DNA from: Nymphaea colorata
Taxonomy: Eukaryota
Assembly: GCF_008831285.2 (NCBI RefSeq)
Contig: NC_045138.2
Location: forward strand, 3,968,001 to 4,032,000
Direction: 5' to 3'
Length of the DNA: 64,000 bases
The notes under the pieces are model-generated. The model was given only the letters and a program-made list of their open reading frames with translations, was not told where the DNA came from and made no database searches. Both the position numbers and the translations under genes were made by a program. This document shows, piece after piece, positions 49,962-64,000 of the stretch (positions within the stretch are counted from its first letter, which is position 1; every line of letters starts with the position of its first letter).

Positions 49962-51855
49962 CAAAGGACTGTACAGACTCTAGACGTAGGGGAACAGTGA
50001 GATAGAAAGGAATAAATTGGTCATGCAATGGATCGCGCATGGATTGATTAACCAAGATAAAGGCATTGATGTGGAGGTGACTGCTAACCAATGGATTAAG
50101 GAATTGATAAATCAGTTCTTGATTGAAGAAACTGAACATAAAAATCTCAAATTGCATGACATTTTGCATGACCTTGCCTTATATATAGGTGAAAAGGAAT
50201 TTAGTCATGCCTATGCTACTGACCACACCCGCCATCTATCATTACTTGGTGTCCACGTTGCAGAAGCACGAAAGCATAATGCCTCAAGAGCAAAGAGTAA
50301 GTTGCGCACATTGTTGGTTCCAAGTCAGACTTGCCTCTAGTTTATATTAAACACTTAACCACCAATTTGAAGTGGTTGAGGTGTTGTCACTGAGCGGATG
50401 TCAAATAGATGAGTTGCCAAAGTCCATTGAAGACCTTTCACTTTTAAAATATCTCGATCTTAGTAGTTCTGATGTGAAACGGTTGCCCAGTTCAATCGGC
50501 AGACTATGTAACTTGCAACTTCCAAACGTTGGATTTAAGTGATAGTAGCATTGAAGAGTTGCCCAAGGAAATGGGCAAACTGTGCAACTTGAGGTACCTA
50601 GGGCTGGAAGGAACATATTCATTGACATTTATAGCGGAAGGCTTGGGGAAGCTTACCAATTTACGAACCTTGCATACGTTTATGGTATGTGATGACAAAA
50701 GGAAGACAAGAGGTTGCAATATTAATGAACTGAAAGACTTGAAGAAACTAAAGGGGGAATTGCCGATTGAAGGTTTGTGCGGGGGAAGGGTGAAAGTGAT
50801 GGATGCAAAGAAAGCAGAGGTTAAGGAGAAGCATGAGCTAAATGGGGTGAATTTTTATTTCAGTAGGCAAGAGGATAATAGAGTGGATAATGCTTCTGAA
50901 GAGGGGGGTTTGCTGGAGGCTTTGGAACCTCCACATGGCATAGAGAGGTTGGGAATTTGGTGTTATAAAGGATATAGGCCTGCGTGGTATTTGGACAGCA
51001 ATTATAAGCTGCGGACACTATGGCTGCTAAGTTGCCCATTGTGGGCAACAGTCGTAGGAATCAAATCATTGGAAAAATTGAAGGTCCACAAGTGCCCAAC
51101 ATTGTGTGAATTGCCGAGCATGCCTTTGCTAAAGTCCTTGGATATCTGCCTGTGTGATGGGCTCAACACGATTGGTGACTTGCCTGCATTGGAGCCATTG
51201 GAGATTTGGAAGTGTGATGGGCTCAACACGATTGGTGACATGCCAGCTGTAAAGATGTTGCTGTTGTTTCATTTGCCCAACTGGGAATCAACATTTACTT
51301 CTATGCCATGCTTATTTATGGCTCATTTTGAGAATTGTCCAAAAATGCAGATAGAAGGCTTGAGTGATGAGTTGGCAGGGCTCCAATGGCTGAGAGTGTT
51401 GAATTGCCCAAGTGCAAGATTGGGATGGAAATTGCTAGAGCAACTGCCTAACCTCATTGATTTGGAGTTGGATTCAGAATCAGCAGTACTAGTGCCATCG
51501 CCATTGCCATCACAAGTATCCACATTTCTACCCTCCCTCAAGACTCTGAAATTGGCGGACAACATGAATATTGATGGGCTCAAATGGGGAAGGTTGCTAG
51601 AGTGGGTGTGGGGTCTCTCCCAACTGGCAATATTGCACCTAGATGGTTTCTCTGGGGACATAAGCTTGGGAGGCCACTAGCAATGCCTCCCGAAACTAAG
51701 ATACCTGTATCTTGAACACTTCCCCAATCAGAAGTCTGTGGTGGAGGTGAATAATATCACTCCCCAACAACAACAAAATGAAACAAAATGCTCTTTCTTT
51801 GAGGACATTCGCTTGGGAGGCCACTGGCAAAGCCTCCCGAAACTGAGAGACCTAA
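49962..51855 (+). pseudogene. 3' part of the interrupted NLR (end of NB-ARC + LRR)
   Basis: LVMQWIAHGLI..KGIDVEVTANQ, LHDILHD (MHD position), LRRs colinear with 24078-26100. Stops and frameshifts near 50338, 50520 and 51678. Confidence 0.92.
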
Positions 51856-54169
51856 CACTTTTTTGTCTCTTCTCTCTCTCTCCCTCTTGTTTGATTTGGG
51901 TCCGAAAAATTGAAGTGTTGTTGAACTGAATTGGCATACCTTTTATGCATCAACAGAGTCTTGTCTAGCTGTTTTAACTTACTCAAAATTATTATTTGTT
52001 TTCTTTTTTTAGTAATTCATCAATTATGCGAATACCAGCAGGTACCATGTATAAATGATAAATGCGGTGGTGCTGTTTGGCTCAAACAGAAGGCAATGTC
52101 CTTTGGCTTGAATTGGTACACAAAATATTAAATTACCTTTTTCCTTTAAGAAAATTTTAAAAAACAATGTTCAAATATTATTTTGTTTTCTATCCATCAA
52201 TTGGTGCACAAAGCCCCCGATTAATTAGCTGACGATAAAATCCCAAGTTGGCCATTCTTTGAGCGACCTTCAAAGTTTTTTTTTTATATTTTAGGCCATT
52301 ATTATGCATTTAATGATCTTCACATATTTAAAAGACGTACCCACATTCTGAAAAATCTGCGTACATTCTTAACTCTTAACGTACACTAGCTAGGGCATTA
52401 GGTATATTTACGGGTGTTTGCATCCCAAAATTTTCATTGGTTTTGGAGTGCTCCAGAAAAATGAGGTTTTTGTTTTGAAAGAGGAAAGAAAGGGACTCGC
52501 CCGTCGGCACGAGGATCGACCGTTCCCGGCACCTTTACCAGGGATAATCAACCCAAGGACTATGTTTATCATTGATGCATTTCGTTTTAACTTAAACATC
52601 TTTTTGATTCTATATGCGGTGTAGAAAATATTGAAAGTTTGAAGTTTCAAACTTTTGAAAATAGAAGGAATTATGAGCAATTTTATCAGTTGTGAAGAAT
52701 ATTAACTTTGAAAGGATTGGACCTCTAGTAGAGTAAAATAATAACATGATGTTTGATTCATATGGATCCAATAAATGGAAACCACGTGTCTGACAATTGA
52801 AGATGGAGTATAATTGAGTAAAGCAAATATTGATATTCAATTTGGAATAAATGATAGTTCAATGAAATAAGGAGAAAGAAATGGGTGTTGAGGCCAAAAT
52901 AATTATGCATGACTCGAGTCAAATAAAGTTAGTAATTGAACTAATAGATGAGTCATATACTTGATAATAGGAGATTTAAACAAATAAAGGATTGACAAGA
53001 TATAGATTTTGAAGCAATTCTAAAAAAAGATTTGCCAAGAAATAATTGATGATCCAATGAAAATGTGGAAGAAGTAAAATATGAGGGAAGATATCCCGTA
53101 AGTATTGAAGCTTGGAAAAATGTTGGCTAAAATGAGGGCAAAAGACTGTCTCACCCAAGTCAAGCAAAGATTGGTAATTGAGCCAATTACTGGCTATCAT
53201 GTTTAAAAATATGAAGTTGGACAAATGAATAGACGAGAGATTGAAAATGTAGATCTTGAAGTGATAAAAAAAAAAACGGATGACAATATTTAAAAAATCA
53301 ATGTCATTAAGGTGGTAGGGTTAAGGCATGAGCTTATGGTGTGATCATGTTGAAGATTATATAGAGAAGGTCGAAGAAGACATTGATTTAAATAAAAAAA
53401 AAATGGAATGTAAAATTATTCAGTTGATCAAAGATTGTATGAAAGACAAACATGCAATCATCATACAATGATAAACATCCAACATTTTTGAAAGTCACCT
53501 TTATCATGCATATATTTGGAAAAGGAGCATAGGACCCTAATAGAATTGAGTTTGATTGAGTATAATTATTTCATATAAGATATGTCAATATACCTTAGCC
53601 AAGAGGCTTAGTACGAGCATAGACTTCTTCATTTGGCAACTACGGGTAAGGTTTATCAACTTCTTCTTGGACACTCGTCGATATACCATAAATTACCACA
53701 CATGGTACTAACGAGGCGGATTTCCCGCCCAAGGTGTGGTCTAGTTATAAAGCTTAGTCTTGTGCTACCGCCTAAGACTAAGCCTGCCAACATGATGATC
53801 GGGATAAAATAGGTATGAGAAATTTTAAAATATGAGAAATCATGTAAAATGAGTTGTCTCTAATGCAATGTTGCCTAAGATGATGATTAAAATAAGAAGA
53901 AGAACAAACATTGTTTTCAAACAACTCTTAAAATAAGGAGGGTTGTATTTGATACTAAATCTAGGTGAACATGATTGATCCTCGTCAATTAGTCTTATGT
54001 GCAAGAAAACAAACACAATCACCAAGCAATGCAATGAAGTGCAAATGGGGTCAATGTCAAAATAGGGGACATGCTTTATCATTGGCAATATGTGGGATGT
54101 TCAAGATAGTAAAAATGCATCAATTATAATCATAGCCAAACGATGACGGGTCTCATCACGGTCGCCATC

Positions 54170-57100
54170 TGTTTGCATCCTAAAATTTTCATTGGTTTTG
54201 GAGTGCTCCAGAAAAATGAGGCTTTTGTTTTGAAAGAGGAAAGAAAGAGACTCACCCGTCGGTACGAGGATCGACCGTTCCCGGCACCTTTACCGGGGGT
54301 AATCAACCCAAGAACTATGTTTATCATTGATGCATTTCGTTTTAACTTAAACATCTTTTTTATTCTATATGCGGTGTAGAAAATATTGAAAGTTTGAAGT
54401 TTCAAACTTTTGAAAAGGTTCTTGAAGAATTGCTTGAAAATGTGAAATGTTTTGAGGAAAAAGTGGAACTAGTAAATATCATTTGAAAAACTTGTGAAAT
54501 TATTTTGAAATCACTTTAGTGTTCTCTTAAGACTTTAAGTAGGTTTGAGATTTTGCTCTAATTCGGTTACCACCTAGCTAGAGCTCCATCCCTTCTTGCT
54601 TAAGTTCTTTTAGAGAAGTAATTGTGATCATAAGTGAAATAAAGTGGGTGAGAATGCATAGATGCATTTACCCTATATGATTGAAAGAATGTAAAACATT
54701 CCTACCACAACATTCATCTAAAGTCATTCCTACCACAACATACATCTAATCGTTGTTATAATTATTGTATATAAGAAGAAAAAGTTTTTGAAAAGGGATA
54801 GAGATTGTAGACAATCAAGCATGATTCCAATATTGGGTCATTACTTGGTTTGTGGTCTTATTGAAGTTGGTAAATAGAAAGTTCGTGAGAGGAGAATGTT
54901 AAAAAGAATACAAGAGATAAAATACTCTTACGAAAAGAAAGAGAGAGAGATATCGAAAGACATGTATACATACCATCACATATACACATATATGAAAGCT
55001 TAAGGAAAAGAGATGTATTGATTCGAATAGAAAGGGAGATTTTAGAGGAAAAGAAAAATATCATACGCATATATGGGTATGAGAAATTTTAATAGAAAAG
55101 ATATGTTTTGGAAAGAGGAATAAATATTTGAAAGAGAGGAAATGGAGCATATGTACATATGTATTCATGCACATATGAAAATTTATAAAATGGAAAGTAA
55201 AAGCATAGAGAGAGAAAGATGGGGGGTTATCATGTTGATATAGATGTATATAACATGTGTATACATCTATACCTTTACAAGATTAGAAATCAAGGAACAA
55301 CTTAAAATTACCAACTTTATGTTTAATGTGGGCCGGAGGGGAGCTTGGATTCATGCAAGAGTCTAAGCTAAGTCCCTAAGGCCATGTTAGAAGGTTTCTT
55401 TTGAAAATGTTTTGGAAAATATAATTTATATAAGCATAGAATGTTATTATTTGGTTTGCCACAAGAGATATATTTCTTCGACCGTTGGGTATGGAAGAAA
55501 ACAAATCATACAATAAGATGCTCATTATGGTTCTAAATGAGATGATTAAAAGGAAACTAACGCGAAATGTCATGCAAATGCATATTAACATGTACATATT
55601 CGTGAGGGTTTTCTCGGGTTGGACAAGTCACAACCTCAAAAATCAATATAAAGATAAAGAATCCCCAAACCACACTCTTATTCTCACCATACATTCACAT
55701 ATAGACGAAAAACCAAACAACTATGCACGGGTGATACATGGACAATATTCAAGAAAGAAAAAAAAGAGAGAGAGAAAGAGAGGATGATAGGAAGAGAAAG
55801 ATTCAACTAGGAAGGAGGGCATAATATTACTATGAAATAAATGATCATCTCATCTTTCCATACTCCCGGTGCACTTAAGCATAGCCTCTTGTCTCTAAGA
55901 AGAGATTGAGTGCTATCTCCTTTGGCCATGTGGAGATAAAGATAAGAAGAAAATGAAGAAAGGAAGACAATGCTACACTCAATAAAAGGAAAAACGTGAT
56001 TCAATTATGAAATGAAAGATTATCTCATCTTTCCATGCTCGCGGTGCACTTGAGCATAGCCTCTTGTCTCTAAAAAGAGGTTAAGTGCTATCTCCTTTGG
56101 CCATGGGGAGATGCAGAACAGAGGAAAATGAAGAAAGAAAGAGATGAGATATTGATTACATACCTCTAATGAGAATAGCTTTTGGAAAAATGAACACCCT
56201 AAATTGAAGATCCCCTTGAGTGAATCTCCTAGATGATGCCTACAAGAGGGTTGTGGCTTGCCCCAAGTTGAAGAGGAGTGAAAAGAGGAAGAGGGACAGA
56301 GAAAGAGCTCAAAAAAAACCCTAAGTTTTCAAGTGATAATACTCTATGGTTTCTTCCAAGGCCAACTCTTGCCCAAAAGAGGGGAAGTGAGAGGTATTTA
56401 TAGAGGATTTTGGAGCCAAAACCCAAAATTTGAATTTTTTGACTCAAAAAGACTAAAATCACCCTATAAAAGGAGGTTTTTGGTCAAAAGGAGTGGCAAA
56501 TCGGTCTTAGTTACCCAAAAAGACTAAAATCACCCTTTAAAAGGAGGTTTTTGGTCAAAATGAGGGGCAAATCGGTCTTGTTTGCCCAAAAAGACTAAAA
56601 TCACCCTCTAAAAGGAGATTTTTGTTCAAAAGGAGGGACAAATCGGTCTTGTTTACCCCAAAAGACTAAAATCACCCTCTAAAAGGAGGTTTTTTGTCAA
56701 AAGGAGGGGAAAATCGGTTTTGTTTGTCCAAAAAGACTAAAATCACCCTCTAAAAAGAGGTTTTTGGTCAAAAGGATGGGTAAATCGGTCTTGTTTGCCC
56801 AAAAAGACTAAAATCACCCTCTAAAAGGAGGTTTTTGGTCAAAATGAGAGGGGCAAATTGGTCTTGTTTATCCAAAAAGACTAAAATCACTCTCTAAAAG
56901 GAGGTTTTTAGTTAAAAGGAGGGGCAAATCAGTCTTGTTTACCCAAAAAGACTAAAATCACCCTCTGAAAGGTGGTTTTTGGTAAAAAAGAGGGGCAAAT
57001 CGGTTTTGTTTGCCCCAAAAGTCTAAAATCACCTTCTAAAAGGAGGTTTTTGGTCAAAAGGAGGAGCAAATCGGTCTTAAATGCTTGATTTGGATATGAA

Positions 57101-57201
57101 CTTGGGTTTTGGATCTAAACTTGGATTTAAAATTTATTTTAAAAATAATAGACCCAAAATTTTAATACCCCCCCTTTTTTGAAAAAATTGTGGTGATTAC
57201 A
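54170..57201 (-). repeat. central full-length LTR of the tandem element
   Basis: TG...CA ends; preceded by a PPT and followed by a PBS. Confidence 0.92.
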
Positions 57202-60200
57202 GATGCCCCTCTTTGTTACTGAGCCGGTGCTAACCGTGCTTAGTGACAAAAATAAGCACCACAAATTTTTCAGACAAAACATTTTTGGAGAGATGTTTCA
57301 GGCTTAACCCCTTACATGAATGAGTTGTTTGAGCTTATATTGTAGGTTTAACCCCTTGCCTGCATGGGTTTGCCAATATTGAATTCAAGTTTAACCCCCT
57401 TGAAATGGGTTGCCTTGGCTCGCATTGCAAATTTAAACCCTTACCTGTGTGCATTGCGTTAGCTTGCAGGTCCAACCGCTTACCTTTGGGCTGCGTTGAC
57501 TTGTAGTGCAGGTTTAACCCCTTTACCTGCGTGGGTTGCTTTAGCTTGCAGTGCAGGTTTAACTCCTTTACCTGCGTGGGTTGCTTTGGCGTGCATTACA
57601 GGTTTAACCCATTGCCTGCATGGGTTGCTTTTTTGTCCATAATTTCAGGTTTTACCCCTTTCCTGAATGGGTTGCTCTATAACAAGTGGCAATGCCGGGA
57701 AAGAACCCTCATCACCTCGAATGCCTTTGTTGAAACGGAGGATGAGACCCTATTGCTCCAACATTGGTTGTGACAAGAAGTCTTCTTATCACTTCGAGTG
57801 CCTTTTGGTGAAATTTTTGTTTTCACCCAAGACTTGATTTTGAACTTGTTGAAATTCCCCAAACTAACGTTTGGGTTGAGCTTGCTTCGAAAAAGCCCCT
57901 AGCCAAACGGCCAAGTTGCGCGTGCTCCATAAAATTCCCTTGTCTAGCGACATGGTTGAGCTAGCTTTAGAAAGCTCCGAGCCTAACGGCCGGATTACGC
58001 TTGATCAAATCTTTAGTTTAACAACTGAATTGATTTGATTGGGATATGATCCATTTTCTATGGACAATGATGATTGTGTATGAAAATATTTATTGCAAAA
58101 GCAATTTGGAACTGTCTCAAAATAATAAAAATACCCCAGTAGTAGGAATTTGCCATGATTGTTAAAGGAGAGAATGCTATGTTGAATATTGAGACTGAGA
58201 CGAAGGAAGTAATAGAAATTGCCTCAATCAAATAAGGTATGAGCAAAATTATATAAAGGAAATTGATACAGTTTCCACTAACAGGAAAATGAGGGTCCAA
58301 GGTAATGACATATATATGAACTTTGGTATGCAAGAATTTATGTTTTGTCTCTGAGGTAAAGAAATTGAGACAAAGCTTGTAGGAGAAAAATTTGTTATAA
58401 GAATATGATTGGTAGATGGTAATTCTCATGGCGAGATATCTAGTCAGCAAAACAGAGAATCTTAATTTTGCAATGATTAAATCAAGAGTAGAGTATGAAT
58501 ATATGAGGTTTGACTCAAGAAGATATAGATTGAACCACTGTGAATGAATGAGTCAAAAATTAGATGTCCAATGATTGAAAATATAATATATCGGAGCATT
58601 AGCAAAAATCTTGGAATAATTGATGGCCCAATAAAATCATGGAAGTAGTAAAATGGGAAGAAAGACATTCCATATGTATTGAAGCAAAAAAATTATTGAG
58701 CAAAATATAAGTGAGAAAACAATTAATGTATGGCCCGAGTCAAGCACGTGTTGATCTCGGACTGAGCTTGAGGCGGAGAAAATAATGGAAATTGCCTCAA
58801 ATGTATAAAAAGTGATATGTAAGGATATGTAAGGTAAAAGGTAATATCACGTGTCTGCACTTGGATATGAAAGAATTTTGACACGTAATTGGGACAAAAC
58901 TTGAAAGAAATTTGTTGTAAAAATATGATCGAAAAATAGTGATTTTCATAACAAGATAAGAAGTTGATAATATAGGAAAATAGAAGGAATTATGAGCAAT
59001 TTTATCAGTTGTGAAGAATATTAACTTTGAAAGGATTGGACCTCTAGTAGAGTAAAATAATAACATGATGTTTGATTCATATGGATCCAATAAATGGAAA
59101 CCACGTGTCTGACAATTGAAGATGGAGTATAATTGAGTAAAGCAAATATTGATATTCAATTTGGAATAAATGATAGTTCAATGAAATAAGGAGAAAGATA
59201 TGGGTGTTGAGGCCAAAATAATTATGCATGACTCGAGTCAAATAAAGTTAGTAATTGAACTAATAGATGAGTCATATACTTGATAATAGGAGATTTAAAC
59301 AAATAAGGGATTGACAAGATATAGATTTTGAAGCAATTCTAAAAAAAGATTTGCCAAGAAATAATTGATGATCCAATGAAATTGTGGAAGAAGTAAAATA
59401 TGAGGGAAGATATCCCGTAAGTATTGAAGCTTGGAAAAATGTTGGCTAAAATGAGGGCAAAAGACTGTCTCACCCAAGTCAAGCAAAGATTGGTAATTGA
59501 GCCAATTACTGGCTATCATGTTTAAAAATATGAAGTTGGACAAATGAATAGACGAGAGATTGAAAATGTAGATCTTGAAGTGATAAAAAAAAAACAGATG
59601 ACAATATTTGAAAAATCAATGTCATTTAGGTGGTAGGGTTAAGACATGAGCTTATGGTGTGATGATGTTGAAGATTATATAGAGATGATCGAAGAAGACA
59701 TTGATTTAAATAAAAAAAATGGAATGTAAGATTATTCAATTGATCAAAGATTGTATGAAAGACAAACATGCAATCATCATACAATGATAAACATCCAACA
59801 TTTTTGAAAGTCACATTTATCATGCATATATTTAGAAAAGGAGCATAGGACCCTAATTGAATTGGGTTTGATTGAGTATAATTATTTCATATAAGATATG
59901 CCAATATACCTTAGCCAAGAGGCTTAGTACGAGCATAGACTTCTTCATTTCGCAACTAAGGGTAAGGTTTATCAACTTCTTCTTGGACACTCGTCGATAT
60001 ACCACAAATTACCACTCATGGTACTAACGAGGGGGCTTTCCCGCCCAAGGTGTGGTCTAGTTATAAAGCTTAGTCTTGTGCTACCGCCTAAGACTAAGCC
60101 GGCCAACATGATGACCGAGACAAAATAGGTATGAGAAATTTTAAAATATGAGAAATCATGTAAAATGAGTTGACTCTAATGCAATGTTGTCTAAGATGAT

Positions 60201-60485
60201 GATTAAAATAAGAAGAAAAACAAACATTGTCTTCAAACAACTCTTAAATTAAGGAGGGTTGTATTTGATACTAAATCTAGGTGAACATGATTGATCCTCG
60301 TCAATTAGTCTTATGTGCAAGAAAACAAACATAATCACCAAGCAATGCAATGAAGTGCCAATGGGGTCAATGTCAAAATAGGGGACATGCTTTATCATTG
60401 GCAATATGTGAGATGTTCAAGATAGTAAAAATGCATCAATTATAATCATAGTCAAACGATGACGGGTCCCATCACGGTCGCCATC

Positions 60486-63448
60486 TGTTTGCATCCTAAA
60501 ATTTTCATTGGTTTTGGAGTGCTCCAGAAAAATGAGGTTTTTTTTTTTAAAGAGGAAAGAAAGGGACTTGTCCGTCGGTACGAGGATCGACCATTCCCGG
60601 CACCTTTACTGGGGGTAATCAACCAAAGGACTATGTTTATCATTGATGCATTTCGTTTTAACTTAAACATCTTTTTGATTCTATATGCGGTATAAAAAAT
60701 ATTGAAAGTTTGAAGTTTCAAACTTTTGAAAAGGTTCTTGAAGAATTGCTTGAAAATGTGAAATGTTTTGAGGAAAAAGTGGAACTAGTAAATATCATTT
60801 GAAAAACTTGTGAAATTATTTTGAAATCACTTTAGTGTTCTCTTAAGACTTTAAGTAGGTTTGAGATTTTGCTCTAATTCGGTTACCACCTAGCTAGAGC
60901 TCCATCCCTTCTTGCTTAAGTTCTTTTAGAGAAGTGATTGTGATCATAAGTGAAATAAAGTGGGTGAGAATGCATAGATGCATTTACCCTATATGATTGA
61001 AAGAATGTAAAACATTCCTACCACAACATTCATCTAAAGTCATTCCTACCACAACATACATCTAATCGTTGTTATAATTATTGTATATAAGAAGAAAAAG
61101 TTTTGAAAAGGGATAGAGATTGTAGACAATCAAGCATGATTCCAATATTGGGTCATTACTTGGTTTGTGGTCTTATTGAAGTTGGTAAATAGAAAGTTCG
61201 TGAGAGGAGAATGTTAAAAAGAATACAAGAGATAAAATACTCTTACGAAAAGAAAGAGAGAGAGATATTGAAAGACATGCATACATGTATACATACCATC
61301 ACATATACACATATATGAAAGCTTAAGGAAAAGAGATGTATTGATTCGAAGAAAAAGAGAGATTTTAAAGAAAAAGAAAAATATCATATGCATATATGGG
61401 TATGAGAAATTTTATAAGAAAAGGTATGTCTTGAAAAGAGGAATAAATATTTGAAAGAGAGGAAATGGAGCATATTTACATACGTATTCATGCACATATG
61501 AAAATTTATAAAATGGAAAGTAAAAGCATAGAGAGAGAAAGATGAGGGGTTATCATGTTGACATAGATGTATATAACATGCGTATACATCTATACCTTCA
61601 CAAAATTAGAAATCAAGGAACAACTTAAAATTATCAACTTCATGTTTAATGTGGGCCAGAAGGGAGCTTGGACTCATGCAAGAGTCTAAGCTAAGTCCCT
61701 AAGGCCATGTTAGAAGGTTTCTTTTGATAATATTTTGGAAAATATAATTTATATAAGCATAGAATGTTATTATTTGGTTTGCCACAAGAGATACATTTCT
61801 TCGACCGTTGTGTTTGGAAGAAAACAAATCATACAATAAGATGCTCATTATGGTTCTAAATAGGATGATTAAAAGGAAACTAACGCGAAATGTCATGCAA
61901 ATGCATATTAACAAGTACATATTCGTGAGGGTTTTCCCGGGTTGGACAAGTTCCAACCTCAAAAATCAATATGAAGAAAAAGAATCTCCAAGCCACACTC
62001 TTATTCTCACCATACATTCATATATAGACGGAAAACCAAACAACTATGCATGAGTGATACATAGACAATATTCAAGGAAGGAAAAAAAGAGAGAGAGAAA
62101 GAGAAAATGACAGGAAGAGAAAGATTCAACTAGGAAGGAGGACATAATATAACTATGAAATAAATGATCATCTCATCTTTTCATACTCCCGGTGCACTTA
62201 AGCATTGCCTCTTGTCTCTAAAAAGAGATTGAGTGTTATCTCCTTTGGCCATGTGTGGATAAAGATGAGAAGAAAATGAAGAAAGAAATTCAATGCTACA
62301 TTCAATAAAAGGAAAAACGTGATTCAATTATGAAATGAAAGATTATCTCATCTTTCCATGCTCGCGGTGCACTTGAGCATAGCCTCTTGTCTTTAAAAAG
62401 ATGTTAAGTGCTATCTCCTTTGGCCATGGGGAGATGAAAAAGATAGGAAAATGAAGAAAGAAATAGATGAGATATTGATTACATACCTGTTGTGAGAATA
62501 ACTTTTGGAAAAATGAACACCCTAAATTGAAGATCCCCTTGAGTGAAGCTCCAAGATGATGCCTCCAAGAGGGTTGTGGCTTCCCCAAGTTGGAGAGGAG
62601 TGAAAAGAGGAAGAGGGAGAGAGAAAGAGCTCAAAAAAAACCGTAAGTCTTCAAGTGATAATACTTTAGGGTTTCTCCCAAGGCCAAATCTTGCCCAACA
62701 GAGGCGAAGTGAGAGGTATTTATAGAGGATTTTGAAGTCAAAACCTAAAATTTGAATTTTTTGACTCAAAAAGACTAAAATCACTCTATAAAAGAAGGTT
62801 TTTAGTCAAAAGGAGGAGCAAATCGGTTTTGTTTATCCAAAAAGACTAAAATCACCATTTAAAAGGAGGTTTTTTATCAAAAGGAGTGGCAAATCGGTCT
62901 TGTTTGCCCAAAAAGACTAAAATCACCCTCTAAAAGGATGTTTTTGGTCAAAATGAGAGGGAAATCGGTCTTGTTTACCCAAAAAGACTAAAATCACCCT
63001 TTAAAAGGAGGTTTTTGTTCAGAAGGAGGGGCAAATCGGTCTTGTTTACTCAAAAAGACTAAAATCACCCTCTAAAAAGAGGTTTTTGGTCAAAAGGAGG
63101 GGCAAATCGGTGTTGTTTGCCCAAAAGACTAAAATCTCCCTCTAAAAAGAGGTTTTTAGTAAAAAAGAAGGGTAAATTGGTCTTGTTTACCCAAAAAGAC
63201 TAAAATCACCTTTTGAAAGGAGTTTTTTCGTCAAAAGGAGGGGCAAATCAGTCTTGTTTACCTAAAAAGACTAAAATCACCCTCTAAAAGGAGGTTTTTG
63301 GTCAAAAGGAAGGACAATTTGGTCTTAAATGATTGATTTGGATTTGAATTTGGGTTTTGGATCTAAACTTGGATTTAAAATTTATTTTAAAAATAATAGA
63401 CCCAAAATTTTAATACCCCCTTTTTTTGAAAAAATTGTGGTGATTACA
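60486..63448 (-). repeat. 5' LTR of the tandem element
   Basis: TG...CA ends; followed by a PBS; highly similar to 54170-57201. Confidence 0.92.
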
Positions 63449-64000
63449 CTGGGCATTAAAGGTTTACCTGTTTGGGTCAAACTTTAAAGATGGTACCAAA
63501 AGTCTAAAACCAGCCAAAAACTCTGGGCACAAATATTGTCCCACGTCTCTTTGTTGCTGGAAATTCTCATGAAATTCGGATTAAAGTTTTACCTTTATAG
63601 TAAAAATGCCACATTTTCCGAACAGGAGCTAAGGCTTTTCCAAAAAGTGTTTATGGCATTATTATTGAAGCTGGTTCCACTAAATAGGGGAAGTGGCGAT
63701 TTAGTTTCCGGATTCCCAGCTTGAGAAAGAAAAATGGATAAAAAAAACCTTCCCTATAAATAAGAATATATAAAAAATTGATAACATTTTTCTATATTGT
63801 TATTAAAATATTATTTTTCAGGTATCATTATTAGGTTACCATTGTGGATATTTTCATATTAGGTTAATACCATAATCACCATCATCATGAAATTTGCTTC
63901 TTAAATACCCTATTGATTTTCTTATTAAAGATTTTGATATTGAGAATATATCGTTTAATTAATCTGATCCAAAACCATTTCAGTTCCAATGGGATTCAAC

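Larger units (their letters stand above)
52415..63448 (-). mobile_element. tandem non-autonomous LTR element: LTR-internal-LTR-internal(deleted)-LTR(remnant)
   Basis: LTRs at 60486-63448, 54170-57201 and U5 remnant 52415-52661; two PBSs (60466-60483, 54150-54167); PPT 57206-57214. Interiors are homologous to 5741-9379 and non-coding. Confidence 0.9.

Noticed and set aside
52410..52414. TSD for the tandem LARD (ACGGG vs CTGGG at 63449-63453)
   Set aside because: Only a 3/5 match; not accepted as a true TSD.

Overview
Angiosperm genomic DNA holding a cluster of same-orientation CC-NB-LRR (NLR) genes heavily invaded by one Ty3/gypsy Tat/Ogre-type LTR retrotransposon family. There is one intact single-exon NLR (22691-26245), a decayed NLR at the left edge, a third NLR split and partly deleted by an Ogre insertion, and a ~45-bp NLR relic. 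The family occurs three times: a coding but decayed Ogre element (PMD extra ORF, gag-pro-G-patch, RT-RH-aRH-INT; 34195-49951) and two non-coding LARD-like derivatives (2834-10292 on +; a tandem 3-LTR array at 52415-63448 on -). The most unusual structure is the Ogre element's 5' LTR, which is INVERTED. This makes a ~2.9-kb-arm inverted repeat directly downstream of an NLR promoter and start codon, a possible Mu-killer-like hairpin-RNA locus. Also present: a hAT transposase remnant, MITEs, a 5'-truncated SINE with a perfect TSD, a LINE RT fragment and an orphan laccase last exon. All calls come from reading the sequence by eye; no alignment, folding or database search was run, and the species cannot be assigned.
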